From assembly GCA_946411635.1 (NCBI GenBank), contig CAMKES010000001.1, positions 3,168-67,167 of the forward strand: a stretch of DNA of 64,000 nt, given 5' to 3'. The translations under genes were made by a program, and so were the position numbers. The notes beneath the pieces were generated by a model that worked only from the letters and a program-made list of their open reading frames with translations, was not told the origin of the DNA and did no database searches. Below, one piece after another: positions 17,384-26,912 of this stretch (its first letter is position 1; each line of letters opens with the position of its first letter). Source of the stretch: an uncultured Clostridia bacterium. GTDB lineage: Bacteria > Bacillota > Clostridia > Christensenellales > CAG-138.

Positions 17384-18499
17384 TTATTTTTCGTACACGC
17401 GGGGAACGCGGTCGCTGATCGAAAGCAGGATCTCGTAGGAGATCGTATGCGCCTTTTCGGCGATCTCGTCCGCGGTGATCTCCTCGTTGCCCTGACGCCC
17501 GATCAGAACGACCTCGTCGCCGACCGCAACGCCCGGCACCTCGGATACGTCGACCATCATCTGGTCCATGCAGATCGTGCCGACCTGCGGGCAGCGGATG
17601 CCGCCGACCAGCACATCCGCGCGCCCGGTCAGGATGCGCTTGTATCCGTCGCCGTAGCCGATGGGGAGCGTCGCGATGCGCGTGGGATGCGAGGTGACGT
17701 ATTTCAGACCGTAGCTGATGCCTTCGCCCTCCGGAACGGTCTTGAGATTGCTGATGTACGTCTTCAGCTCCATCACGGGCGTAAGCCCGCTTCCGGGCGT
17801 GCGCGCGGCGTCGGGATGACAGCCGTAGAGCGCGATGCCGAACCGCACCATATCGTACTGCAGCTCGGGGAAATCGAGCGTCGCCGCGGAGTTTGCGGCG
17901 TGAACGATCGGCGTGTATCCGCGCGAACGGATCCTTGCGACGAACGCGTCGAAGCGCGATGCCTGCAGATGCGTGAATTCGGGATCGGACTCGGACTTCG
18001 CAAAATGCGTAAACACGCCGTCCATCCGCACGTGCGGACAGTCGTCGAACGCGTCGAGAAGCGCGTCGAGCGCGGTCTCGTCCATGACGCCGATGCGGTG
18101 CATGCCGGTGTCGATCTTGACGTGGACGTGCGCGTCCTTGCCCGCGGCGCGGGCGCAGCGCTCCAGCGCGCGCACCTGCTCCGGCGTGAAGACGGCGGGG
18201 GTCAGGTCGTAACCGACGACGGCGCGGACGTGATCGATGTCGGTCACGCCGAGGATCAGGATCGGAAGCGTGACGCCGCTGTTCCGGAGACGGACGCCCT
18301 CCTCGGGAATGGCGACCGCAAACATATCGCACAGACCGGACTGTTCCAGATACTGCCCGACCTCGATGAGACCGTGGCCGTATGCGTTCGCTTTGATGAC
18401 CGCAAGGAACTTCGTTCCGGGTTTCAGCCGGCGTTTGACGAGCCGGATATTCTTCAGAAGCGCGGGAAGACGGATCACCGCGTGGGTTCCTCTCAGCAT
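17384..18499 (-). CDS. alr: Alanine racemase
   Basis: AVIKANAYGHG (PLP lysine motif)..SYGLKY..LPIGYGDGY..CMDQMMVDV. RBS AAAGGGGTGA lies upstream. Confidence 0.9.
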   Translation of the reverse strand: MLRGTHAVIRLPALLKNIRLVKRRLKPGTKFLAVIKANAYGHGLIEVGQYLEQSGLCDMFAVAIPEEGVRLRNSGVTLPILILGVTDIDHVRAVVGYDLTPAVFTPEQVRALERCARAAGKDAHVHVKIDTGMHRIGVMDETALDALLDAFDDCPHVRMDGVFTHFAKSESDPEFTHLQASRFDAFVARIRSRGYTPIVHAANSAATLDFPELQYDMVRFGIALYGCHPDAARTPGSGLTPVMELKTYISNLKTVPEGEGISYGLKYVTSHPTRIATLPIGYGDGYKRILTGRADVLVGGIRCPQVGTICMDQMMVDVSEVPGVAVGDEVVLIGRQGNEEITADEIAEKAHTISYEILLSISDRVPRVYEK

Positions 18500-18633
18500 G
18501 AAATCACCCCTTTTCAACAAAAAATGATTGTACAGGAACGGGCGGGAAAAGTCAATTCCCTTTCGCCGAAACACCGAAAAAACGTGCCGGTCATAATTTA
18601 TCGAAAAAATGTTAACAATTTATTCAAAAACAC

Positions 18634-18662
18634 TTGCAATTTCTATACCTTGGTGCTAAAAT
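18634..18662 (+). promoter_or_regulatory. Sigma-A promoter (extended -10) for rsmD-coaD
   Basis: TTGCAA-17 nt-(TGC)TAAAAT. Confidence 0.55.
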
Positions 18663-18693
18663 GGGATACACAATACAAGATATAGGGGTTTCT

Positions 18694-19254
18694 ATGGTCA
18701 GAATCATTGCAGGACAGGCGCGCGGGCGCAAGCTCGAGACGCTCGAAGGCCTTGAGACCCGACCGACGCTGGACCGCGTCAAGGAGGCGGTTTTCGGCTC
18801 GCTGCAGTTCGATATCCCGTATGCCGACGTGCTGGATCTGTTTTCCGGAAGCGGCAATCTGGGGCTCGAGGCGGCGTCCCGCGGGGCGAAGCGCGTGGTG
18901 CTGAACGACCGCAGTCCCGCCTGTGCGGAGATCATCCGCAGGAACGCGGATTCGCTCGGGCTGTCCGGCGTGTGCGAGATCCTGAATCTCGATTACGCCG
19001 CGGCAATCGACCGGCTGAAGAGCCGGGGCGAACGGTTCGATCTGGTGTTTCTGGATCCGCCGTACCGCGAGGGGCTGTCGGCGGACGCCGTCGGGCGGCT
19101 CGTCGAAAACGGGCTTCTGAAGCCCGGCGGACGGATCGTCCTGGAGCATGCGTCGGATCTTGCGCCGCAGAGCGACGCCGGCGCGTACCGCGTCGTGAAA
19201 ACGAAGCGGTTCGGCAAATGCGGCTACTCTTTGATCGAGGAGGACGGGGAATGA
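18694..19254 (+). CDS. rsmD: 16S rRNA (guanine966-N2)-methyltransferase
   Basis: MVRIIAGQARGRKLETLEGLETRPTLDRVKEAVF..DLFSGSGNLGLEA..FLDPPY. Confidence 0.85.
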   Translation: MVRIIAGQARGRKLETLEGLETRPTLDRVKEAVFGSLQFDIPYADVLDLFSGSGNLGLEAASRGAKRVVLNDRSPACAEIIRRNADSLGLSGVCEILNLDYAAAIDRLKSRGERFDLVFLDPPYREGLSADAVGRLVENGLLKPGGRIVLEHASDLAPQSDAGAYRVVKTKRFGKCGYSLIEEDGE

Positions 19255-19742
19255 AGATCGGCGTGTATCCGGGCAGTTTCGACCCGTTTACGATCGGGCA
19301 TCTCGACGTTCTGAAGAACGCGGCGGGCCTGTTCGACACGGTCTTCGTCGCGGTGCTGAACAACAACGCGAAGTCGCCGGTGTTTTCGGTCGACGACCGC
19401 GTGGAGATGATCGACCGCATGATCGAAACGGAAGGGCTCACAAACGTCCGGTCCGGTTCGTTTTCGGGGCTGCTGGTCGATTACGCGAAGCAGATCGGCG
19501 CGCAGTACCTCATCAGAGGACTTCGCGCGATCACGGACTTCGACTACGAGTTTCAGATCGACGCGGTGAACCGGCATCTGAATCCGGACATCCGGACGGT
19601 GTACTTTATGGCGAACCCGGCGCATTCGTTCCTGTCGAGTTCGAGCGTGCGTGAGATCGGTGAAATGGGCGGATCCATCGAGGGATTGGTTCCGGCCTGT
19701 AATTATGAATATATTCTGGAAAGGTTGGCAAGGCAGAAATGA
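19251..19742 (+). CDS. coaD: Phosphopantetheine adenylyltransferase
   Basis: MKIGVYPGSFDPFTIGHLDV..LIRGLRAITDFDYE..SSSSVREI. Overlaps the rsmD stop. Confidence 0.92.
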   Translation: MKIGVYPGSFDPFTIGHLDVLKNAAGLFDTVFVAVLNNNAKSPVFSVDDRVEMIDRMIETEGLTNVRSGSFSGLLVDYAKQIGAQYLIRGLRAITDFDYEFQIDAVNRHLNPDIRTVYFMANPAHSFLSSSSVREIGEMGGSIEGLVPACNYEYILERLARQK

Positions 19743-20617
19743 ACGGCGTACAGACAATGAAGATCTTCAGTATCCTTTCGAAGATCGAACAGCTTGTTTC
19801 GGAGAGTCCGAAACCCAGATTCAATAACGCGGGCAGCCGCCGCATCATCGACGAGGAGGAGCTCATCGCGCTTCTCGACGATCTCAAGGCGACGATCCCG
19901 GAAGACATCCGCAGAGCGAGCGGCATCATCGCGGAGAAGGACAACACCCTTCGCGACGCGAACGAGCAGGCGGATCAGATCGTTGCGGAGGCGCAGAAGG
20001 AAGCGAACGAACTGCACGAGCAGGCGCAGGAGGCGGCGGAGAACGTCTACCGTCAGGCGGTTGCCGAGTATGAAGCGCTCGTTTCCCAGGAGAGCGTCTA
20101 TCAGGAGGCGCTGAAGCGTGCGGACGATCTGCACCGCGCGGCGGAGGAGAACGCGGATTCCATCTGCAACGGCGCGCGCGCCTATGCGGACGACATCCTG
20201 TCCGACGTGCAGCGGTACCTGAACGACTACATGAAGATGATCAACGGCAACCGCGAGGAGCTGGACGTCCGTCAGAAGCCCGCCGCGCAGGAGCTTGAGA
20301 TCCCCGCGCCCGATCCGAATCCGATCGCGGCGAAGATCTCCGAGCCGCGCCGCGAGCCGGCCCGCCGTCAGGAGCCCGCGCGCGTACAGCAGCGTCCCGC
20401 GCAGCCCGTGCGTCCCGCACCCGCCGAGGAAGAGGAAGAAGAAGAAGCGCCGCAGCCGAAGCCGCGCAAGAAGGGCTTCTTCGCCCGCATGCTCGGCATC
20501 GAGGAGGTCGAGGAGGACGACGACGAGAACTACGAAGAAGAGGAAGCGCCCGCGCCCAAGAAAAAGCGCCGCAGCATCTTCTCGTTCTCGGACGACGAAG
20601 AGGACGACGAAGAATAA
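19739..20617 (+). CDS. Coiled-coil protein with charged low-complexity tail (ATP-synthase-B-like helical region)
   Basis: Long heptad-like E/A/Q-rich N-terminal half, then a P/R/E-rich region and an acidic tail. The ATG overlaps the coaD stop (ATGA). Confidence 0.6.
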   Translation: MNGVQTMKIFSILSKIEQLVSESPKPRFNNAGSRRIIDEEELIALLDDLKATIPEDIRRASGIIAEKDNTLRDANEQADQIVAEAQKEANELHEQAQEAAENVYRQAVAEYEALVSQESVYQEALKRADDLHRAAEENADSICNGARAYADDILSDVQRYLNDYMKMINGNREELDVRQKPAAQELEIPAPDPNPIAAKISEPRREPARRQEPARVQQRPAQPVRPAPAEEEEEEEAPQPKPRKKGFFARMLGIEEVEEDDDENYEEEEAPAPKKKRRSIFSFSDDEEDDEE

Positions 20618-20632
20618 CGGATCCGAAATCAG

Positions 20633-20660
20633 GCCGGAGGGTTCGCCTTCCGGCTTTTTT
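20633..20660 (+). terminator. Rho-independent terminator
   Basis: gccggaggg-ttcg-ccttccggc followed by T6. Confidence 0.75.
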
Positions 20661-20683
20661 CATGTCTTCGCGCAAAAAAGCGG

Positions 20684-20712
20684 TTGTACATTTCGGACCA
20701 TGGTGCTATAAT
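20684..20712 (+). promoter_or_regulatory. Sigma-A promoter (extended -10) of mscL
   Basis: TTGTAC-17 nt-(TGC)TATAAT. Confidence 0.6.
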
Positions 20713-20743
20713 ATATTCTGTAATCCAAAAAGGGGGTTTTTGC

Positions 20744-21247
20744 ATGAAGAAATTCTTTTCCGATTTTAAGGCGTTCGCTCTGAAGGGCAACGTCGTCGAC
20801 ATGGCCGTCGGCGTCATCATCGGCGGCGCGTTCGGCGCGATCGTATCGTCGCTGATCAACGACATGATCATGCCGCTGCTGGGCCTTCTCATCAAGGCCG
20901 ACTTCTCGACCTGGTTCGTTCCGCTCAAGGAGGTTCCCGCAGAGCTGCTGGTAAACGGCGCGATGCCGTCCGCCGACGTGCTCGCGGAAGCAGGCATCTC
21001 GGTCTTCCATTACGGCAAGTTCATCTCCGCCGTCATCTACTTCGTGCTGATCGCGCTCGCGGTGTTCATCGTCGTCCGCGCGCTCCGCAAGGCGGAAGAG
21101 AAGGCGAAGGAACTGAAGAAGAAGGAAGAAGAAGCGCCCGCGGAAGAAAAGAAGCCGCGTCTGTGCCCGTACTGCAAGCAGGAAGTCGCCGACGACGCGA
21201 CCCGCTGCCCGCACTGCACCAGCGAGCTTCCGCCCGAAGAAGAATAA
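20744..21247 (+). CDS. mscL: Large-conductance mechanosensitive channel with C-terminal zinc-ribbon-like extension
   Basis: FKAFALKGNVVDMAVGVIIGGAFGAIVSSLINDMIMP is the MscL signature. The tail is CPYCKQEVADDATRCPHC. Confidence 0.9.
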   Translation: MKKFFSDFKAFALKGNVVDMAVGVIIGGAFGAIVSSLINDMIMPLLGLLIKADFSTWFVPLKEVPAELLVNGAMPSADVLAEAGISVFHYGKFISAVIYFVLIALAVFIVVRALRKAEEKAKELKKKEEEAPAEEKKPRLCPYCKQEVADDATRCPHCTSELPPEEE

Positions 21248-21263
21248 AGCGTTACCGACCCGA

Positions 21264-21290
21264 AAAGACCGCGTCCGCGCGGTCTTTTTT
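21264..21290 (+). terminator. Rho-independent terminator
   Basis: gaccgcg-tccg-cgcggtc followed by T6. Confidence 0.7.
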
Positions 21291-21373
21291 CGTGCCGCAG
21301 CGGCAAAATACTCCTTGCGGCGCGCACCCGGATTTGATATACTGAATAATAAGAAAAACGAAAGGGAACCCGT

Positions 21374-22033
21374 ATGAAGATCATCGAACTGAAAGAAACG
21401 ATCACCGCATCGAACGACCGCGACGCGGAGGTGCTGCGCGGAGAACTGAAACAGAAAGGGACGCTGCTCATTAACCTGATGGCATCGCCCGGCGCGGGCA
21501 AAACGACGCTTTTGGAGCGCACGATCCGCGATCTTGGAGACGAACTGAAGATCGCGGTCATGGAGGCGGACGTCGATTCCGACGTGGACGCGGTCCGCAT
21601 CGAGCGGACCGGCGCGAAGGCCGTGCAGGCGCATACCGACGGCATGTGCCATATGGACGCGGGCATGACGCGCCGCGCACTGGAGGGGCTGGGCGACGAA
21701 GCGTTCGATCTCGTCGTGCTGGAAAACGTCGGCAATCTCATCTGCCCCGCCGAGTTCGACACCGGTGCGGGCAGGCGCGTGATGCTGCTTTCCGTGCCCG
21801 AGGGCGACGACAAGCCGCTGAAGTATCCGCTGATGTTCCGCGTCAGCGACGTTCTGATCATCACCAAGACCGACGTCGCGCCGTACTTCGATTTTGATTT
21901 CGAGGCGTGCAAGGCGCGCGCAAGAAAACTGAACCCGAATATCACGATCTTTGAGGTCTCGGCAAAGACCGGCGACGGCTTTGCCGCATGGGAAGACTGG
22001 CTGAGAGCAGCCGTTGCGGACTGGAAACACTGA
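21374..22033 (+). CDS. hypB: Nickel-insertion GTPase HypB
   Basis: LMASPGAGKTTLLE (P-loop), CHMDA, ENVGNLICP, ITKTD. Confidence 0.88.
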   Translation: MKIIELKETITASNDRDAEVLRGELKQKGTLLINLMASPGAGKTTLLERTIRDLGDELKIAVMEADVDSDVDAVRIERTGAKAVQAHTDGMCHMDAGMTRRALEGLGDEAFDLVVLENVGNLICPAEFDTGAGRRVMLLSVPEGDDKPLKYPLMFRVSDVLIITKTDVAPYFDFDFEACKARARKLNPNITIFEVSAKTGDGFAAWEDWLRAAVADWKH

Positions 22034-22063
22034 AAACAATACAAAATAACGGGGAGAATCATT

Positions 22064-24985
22064 ATGCCGGAAACCTACGATCGGAACCCACGAACCAAAT
22101 CCAGATATGACGGCGAGCCGGAGCGCAGGAAAAAATACGCGAAGCTCGGCGCCAAGATCACGGACAACGTGCCGCACAAGCTCTTCGGACTCAAGACGAC
22201 GGACGAGGAGTACTGGGGGCTTCGCGAAGTCCTGAACGAGAACGAGGTGGACATTGCGCTTTCGATGAAGCAGCGCAAGTGGTACACCTACGACGAACTG
22301 TTCGAGAAGAACAAAGCGATGGGCGAGCAGCTCTTCAAAGAGACGCTCGATCTTCTTTGCGTCCACGGCTTCGTCGAGTACGACTACGGCGATCATTACG
22401 ACGACAACGGCCCGATTCCGGGCGCGCCGAAGGAAATCCGCTACCGCACGAGCTATTTCGTGCCGGGCAGCGCGGAGCTGTTCAACTCTTCGGTCTCCCG
22501 CATCGAGGCGAATCCGCCGGTGGCGAAGATGTTCGAGCGCATGACGTTCCTGCCGCTTGAGCATATCACGCCGATGGTCCGCCCCGGCGGCAACGGTATC
22601 GGCATGCACGTCATTCCGGTTGAGAAGGAGGTCGCCGCGAACCGCGAAGCGGTCAAGATCGAAAAGATTTCCCACTGGCTCACGAAGTACGACGGACATC
22701 TTTCGGCGGGCATCTGCTCCTGTCGCGCGTCCCGCGCGATGCTCGGCGAGGGCTGCACGGATGACGAGAATGACTGGTGTATCCAGGTCGGCGACATGGC
22801 GGACTATACGGTCGAGACCGGCCGCGCGCACTACATCACCAAGGAAGAAGCGCTCGAGATCCTGAAGCGCGCCGAGGAAAACGGCTACGTGCATCAGGTC
22901 ACGAACATCGACGGCGAGGATCACATCTTCGACATCTGCAACTGCAACGTCAAGATCTGCAACGCGCTGAGGACCTCGCTGCTTTACAACACGCCGAATA
23001 TGTCGAAGTCGGCGTATACGGCGCACGTCAAAAAAGAAAACTGCGTCGCGTGCGGACGCTGCGTCGAGATCTGTCCGGCAGGCGCGCTGAAGCTCGGCCA
23101 GAAGCTCTGCAGGAAGGACGGTTCCGAGGTCGAGTATCCGACGTCGCCGATCCCCGATCGCCTGCGCTGGGGCAAATACGCGTGGGATGAGAACTACCGC
23201 GACACCGCGCGCGTCAACACGCATAAGACCGGCACCGCGCCGTGCAAAACGGCGTGCCCCGCCCACGTGCCGATCCAGGGCTATCTCAAAATGGCGAAGG
23301 AAGGCCGCTATGACGAGGCGCTCGCGCTGATCAAGCGCGAGAACCCGTTCCCCGCGATCTGCGGCAGAGTCTGCAACAAGCGCTGCGAGGACGCGTGCAC
23401 GCGCGGTACGATCGACCAGCCGGTCGCCATCGACGACGTCAAGCGCTTCCTTGCGGACCGCGACCTGCACGCGGAAACGCGCTACGTGCCGAAGAAGATC
23501 ATCAACAACCTGACCGGGGAATGGCAGCAGAAGATCGCCATCATCGGCGCAGGTCCCGCGGGACTTTCCGCCGCGTACTATCTCGGCGAGATGGGGTATC
23601 ATCCCACCGTGTTCGAAAAGAACGCGAAGCCCGGCGGCATGATGACCTACGGCATTCCGTCGTTTAAACTCGAAAAGGACGTCATCGACGCGGAGATCGA
23701 CGTGATCCGTGCGCTCGGCGTCGACATTCGCTGCGGCGTCGAGGTCGGCAAGGATGTTACCATCGAAGAACTCAAACAGCAGGGCTACGAGGCGTTCTAC
23801 ATTGCGATCGGCTGTCAGGGCGGCAAGCTTCCGGGCATTCCCAACGAGCGCGCCGAAGGCACGGAGATCGCGGTGAGCTTCCTCAGCAAAGCGCTTTCGG
23901 ACAACACCCGCAAACTTGAGGGAGACGTCGTGATCGTCGGCGGCGGCAACGTCGCGATCGACTGCGCGCGCACCGCGCACCGCTTCGGCGCAAAGAGCGT
24001 GTCCATGTTCTGCCTCGAATCGCGCGAGACGATGCCCGCTTCGCCGGAGGAGATCAAAGAGGCGGAGGAAGAGGACGTGAAGATCATGCCGTCGTGGGGA
24101 CCGAAGGAAGTCCTCGTCGATGAAGACGGCAAGGTCAAAGGCCTCGTTCTGAAGCGCTGCGTTTCCACGATCGACCCGGAAACCGGCAGGTTCTCCCCGA
24201 AATACGACGAGAACGAAACGATCACCGTCGAAGCGAAGACGATCGTGTTCGCGATCGGCCAGGCGATCGAATGGGGGAAGCTTTTAGAGGGCACGAACGT
24301 CAAGTTCCACCACGGCAATTACCCCGTCGCGGACGCGTTCACCTATCAGACGGACGATCCCGCGATCTTCGTCGGCGGCGACGTGTTCACGGGTCCGAAA
24401 TTCGTCATCGATGCGATCGGTCAGGGTCATATGGCCGCCGAATCACTCGCCCGCGCCGTTTCGAAGAACAGCGTGAACCAGACGCTCGGCCGCGATCGCC
24501 GCTTCTTCCGCGAGCTCGACAAGAACGACGTCGCGATCGATTCCTACGACCGCGCGCAGCGGCAGGTCCCGCCCGTGGATCCTTCGATCGACGCGAAAAA
24601 CGGCTTCCGCGATCCGACGCTCCCGCTCACCGAAGAGCAGGTGAAGATCGAAACGTCCCGCTGCCTCGGCTGCGGCGCGACGATCGTCGACGTCGGCAAG
24701 TGCATCGGCTGCGGTCTCTGCACCACGCGCTGCGAGTTCGACGCGATCCATCTGCTGCGCGATCATCCGCAGAATTCCGATATGCGCCGCGCGGAGGACA
24801 AGGTCACGGGACTGCTGTCGTACGCGGCGAAGCGCGGTCTCAGGATCCTGCTGCACAGCGGTTCGAAGGAAGCGCGCGCCATGCGCAAAAAACGCAGAGC
24901 GTACAACAAGGCGACCAAAGAGTTCCACAAGACGCATCCGCATACCGGAAACGCCGTCAGCATCGAGGAACTCACGAAGGACTGA
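22064..24985 (+). CDS. 973-aa Fe-S flavoprotein: Cys-rich N-terminal domain + GltD-like NAD(P)H/FAD oxidoreductase module + C-terminal 2x[4Fe-4S] ferredoxin-like domain
   Basis: CVACGRCVEICP. CKTACPAHVPIQGYL..ICGRVCNKRCEDACTRG (GltD-type cluster). IAIIGAGPAGLSAAYYL and VVIVGGGNVAIDCA (two Rossmann GxGxxG motifs). CLGCG..CIGCGLCTTRC. Confidence 0.75.
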   Translation: MPETYDRNPRTKSRYDGEPERRKKYAKLGAKITDNVPHKLFGLKTTDEEYWGLREVLNENEVDIALSMKQRKWYTYDELFEKNKAMGEQLFKETLDLLCVHGFVEYDYGDHYDDNGPIPGAPKEIRYRTSYFVPGSAELFNSSVSRIEANPPVAKMFERMTFLPLEHITPMVRPGGNGIGMHVIPVEKEVAANREAVKIEKISHWLTKYDGHLSAGICSCRASRAMLGEGCTDDENDWCIQVGDMADYTVETGRAHYITKEEALEILKRAEENGYVHQVTNIDGEDHIFDICNCNVKICNALRTSLLYNTPNMSKSAYTAHVKKENCVACGRCVEICPAGALKLGQKLCRKDGSEVEYPTSPIPDRLRWGKYAWDENYRDTARVNTHKTGTAPCKTACPAHVPIQGYLKMAKEGRYDEALALIKRENPFPAICGRVCNKRCEDACTRGTIDQPVAIDDVKRFLADRDLHAETRYVPKKIINNLTGEWQQKIAIIGAGPAGLSAAYYLGEMGYHPTVFEKNAKPGGMMTYGIPSFKLEKDVIDAEIDVIRALGVDIRCGVEVGKDVTIEELKQQGYEAFYIAIGCQGGKLPGIPNERAEGTEIAVSFLSKALSDNTRKLEGDVVIVGGGNVAIDCARTAHRFGAKSVSMFCLESRETMPASPEEIKEAEEEDVKIMPSWGPKEVLVDEDGKVKGLVLKRCVSTIDPETGRFSPKYDENETITVEAKTIVFAIGQAIEWGKLLEGTNVKFHHGNYPVADAFTYQTDDPAIFVGGDVFTGPKFVIDAIGQGHMAAESLARAVSKNSVNQTLGRDRRFFRELDKNDVAIDSYDRAQRQVPPVDPSIDAKNGFRDPTLPLTEEQVKIETSRCLGCGATIVDVGKCIGCGLCTTRCEFDAIHLLRDHPQNSDMRRAEDKVTGLLSYAAKRGLRILLHSGSKEARAMRKKRRAYNKATKEFHKTHPHTGNAVSIEELTKD

Positions 24986-24986
24986 T

Positions 24987-25334
24987 ATGCACGAAATGGG
25001 CATTATCCTGCATCTGGCAAAAACCCTCGAGGAGACTGCCGAGCAGGAAAAGATCAAAGCCATCACGCGCGTAACGCTTGAGGTGGGCGAGGTGTCCGGC
25101 ATCGTGACGGACTACTTTGCCGACTGCTGGAATTATTTCCGCAAAAGACATCCCGTGCTGGAAACCGCGGAACTGGAGATCATTCCGATCCCCGCGGTGA
25201 CCTGGTGCGACGCGTGCAAACGGACGTATCCGACGGTGCAGTACGGACGCACCTGCCCGCATTGCGGCAGCGGCGAAACGTGGCTCCTGCGGGGAAACGA
25301 GTGCATCATCAAAGAGATCGAAGTCAAAGAATAG
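24987..25334 (+). CDS. hypA: Nickel-insertion metallochaperone HypA
   Basis: MHEMGIILHL N-terminal Ni site. CDACKR..CPHCGS zinc site. Starts 1 nt after the upstream stop. Confidence 0.85.
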   Translation: MHEMGIILHLAKTLEETAEQEKIKAITRVTLEVGEVSGIVTDYFADCWNYFRKRHPVLETAELEIIPIPAVTWCDACKRTYPTVQYGRTCPHCGSGETWLLRGNECIIKEIEVKE

Positions 25335-25462
25335 CGCAAAAACCCGAAAGAACCGTCCGAAACCGGGTGGTTCTTTGCGTTTTCCGGAAAAACGGTGTTG
25401 CATCATGCGTACTTTTTTGCTATTCTTATTGCAGAGGATCATATATGATTTGAGAAGGGGAG

Positions 25463-26896
25463 ATGAACATGTTTTGTCCGAACTGCGGTGAACGCCTGAA
25501 AGACGGGGACAAATTCTGCGCAAACTGCGGATGCCGGCTGCCGGAGCCGATCGCGGAGGAACCGGTGTGCGTAAAGGCGCCGGAACCCGCGCCGGAGGCG
25601 CCCGTACCGGCGGAAGCGAAGCCGAAAAAGAAAAAGCTCGGCCTGATCATCGGGCTTTCCGCCGCGGCGCTCGCCGCTGCGGCCGCGCTCGTGCTGGTGC
25701 TGTTCGTTCTGCCGGAGCAGCGGCGGGTCAAACGCTACAACGAGGGCGTGACGCTGCTGGAGGAAAAGGCGTACGACGAGGCCGAGGCGGTCTTTGCGGA
25801 GCTCGGTTCGTATGCGGACGCCGAGGATCTGATGGCCTACGCGCAGCGCGGCGTCGCGTACGAGAAGGCGAAGCGCGCGATGGAAAAGGGGAACTACGCC
25901 GAAGCGATCCGCACCTTTGAAGCCGATCCGGACTTTGAGGAAGCGGGGCGGTTCCGGAACCGCTGCCGCGCCGCGCTCAACGTTGAGGAAGCGAAAGCGC
26001 TGTACGATGCGGAACAGTACGGCGAGGCCCTGGCGATCCTGAACGAACTGTACAAGGTCGACACCGAGGGCCGGTTCACCGACGAGGCGGAGCGGCTTTC
26101 CGGCGCGTGCAGCGATATGCTGCATTTCAACGAGGCCAAGGCGCTGTTCGAGCAGGGCGAGTACGAACAGACGCTCGAGCTGATCGACCGGTACGGTCTG
26201 CAGGGCATGGAGGGCGCGGAAGACGTCGTCGCGGAATGCACGCGCCGGATCACGTTCGGCAAAATCGATACGCTGATGGCAAACGGCGCGTACGCGGACG
26301 CGCTTGCGCTGCTCGACACGGAGGCCGGCAGGCAGATCCCGGACCGCGCGGCGCGTGTGACCGAGTGCAAAAACCGGATCGCTTACGGCGAGGCGGAGGC
26401 GGCGCTGAAGGACGGACGCAACTATGACGCGTATCTCGCCTTCCGCGCGCTGGGCAGCTTTTCCGATGCGGAGGGCCGCGCGAAGAAATGCATCGTCAGC
26501 AAGCCGAAGACGGGCGAGACCTACCACAACGGTTCGTTCAACAGCTCCGCGGTTTCGCTCACGATCATTCCGCCGAAGGACGACACCTGCACCTATTTCA
26601 AGATCTATGCGGTCAAGGACGGCAAGGAAACGCTCGTATCCTGCGCGTTCATCCGCTCCGGAGAAAAGGTCACCGTCAAGATGCCGACGGGAACGTACCT
26701 GTTCAAATCGGCGTACAGCTCCGGCGACTGGTTCGGCGAGACCGATATGTTCGGCGACAACGGCGTGTATCAGCGGCTCAAGGTCAACGGCGCGGATTCG
26801 TGCAGCCTGACGAAGGGCAAGTGGGAACTGAAGCTTCGCCAGAACGTCAGCGACGGAAACGTCGAGACAGCCTCCGAAAACCGCAACAATTTCTGA
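25463..26896 (+). CDS. Zinc-ribbon / single-TM protein with TPR-like extracytoplasmic repeats and a C-terminal beta-rich domain
   Basis: MNMFCPNCGERLKDGDKFCANCG. TM segment LGLIIGLSAAALAAAAALVLVLFVL. Repeated (Y/F)xEAxxxFxxLG-type helical pairs. Confidence 0.7.
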   Translation: MNMFCPNCGERLKDGDKFCANCGCRLPEPIAEEPVCVKAPEPAPEAPVPAEAKPKKKKLGLIIGLSAAALAAAAALVLVLFVLPEQRRVKRYNEGVTLLEEKAYDEAEAVFAELGSYADAEDLMAYAQRGVAYEKAKRAMEKGNYAEAIRTFEADPDFEEAGRFRNRCRAALNVEEAKALYDAEQYGEALAILNELYKVDTEGRFTDEAERLSGACSDMLHFNEAKALFEQGEYEQTLELIDRYGLQGMEGAEDVVAECTRRITFGKIDTLMANGAYADALALLDTEAGRQIPDRAARVTECKNRIAYGEAEAALKDGRNYDAYLAFRALGSFSDAEGRAKKCIVSKPKTGETYHNGSFNSSAVSLTIIPPKDDTCTYFKIYAVKDGKETLVSCAFIRSGEKVTVKMPTGTYLFKSAYSSGDWFGETDMFGDNGVYQRLKVNGADSCSLTKGKWELKLRQNVSDGNVETASENRNNF

Positions 26897-26912
26897 TGAA
26901 AGGACGATCCCG

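Noticed and set aside
17313-18332. Upstream 340 codons of the 789-aa ORF that contains the YibE/F gene
   Set aside because: This extension runs through the alanine racemase gene in another frame and is Arg/Pro-rich. The YibE/F protein starts at the MKNRF or MGKRY methionine, where the first TM segment begins.
20660-23980. 1106-aa ORF on the minus strand
   Set aside because: It lies antisense to mscL, hypB and the 973-aa oxidoreductase, all of which have clear family motifs. The translation is Arg/Ala-rich with no motifs and no RBS.
21374-25334. A [NiFe]-hydrogenase maturation or structural cluster
   Set aside because: Only hypB and hypA are present. No large or small subunit genes, protease or hypCDEF are in the window, so I did not call a hydrogenase locus.
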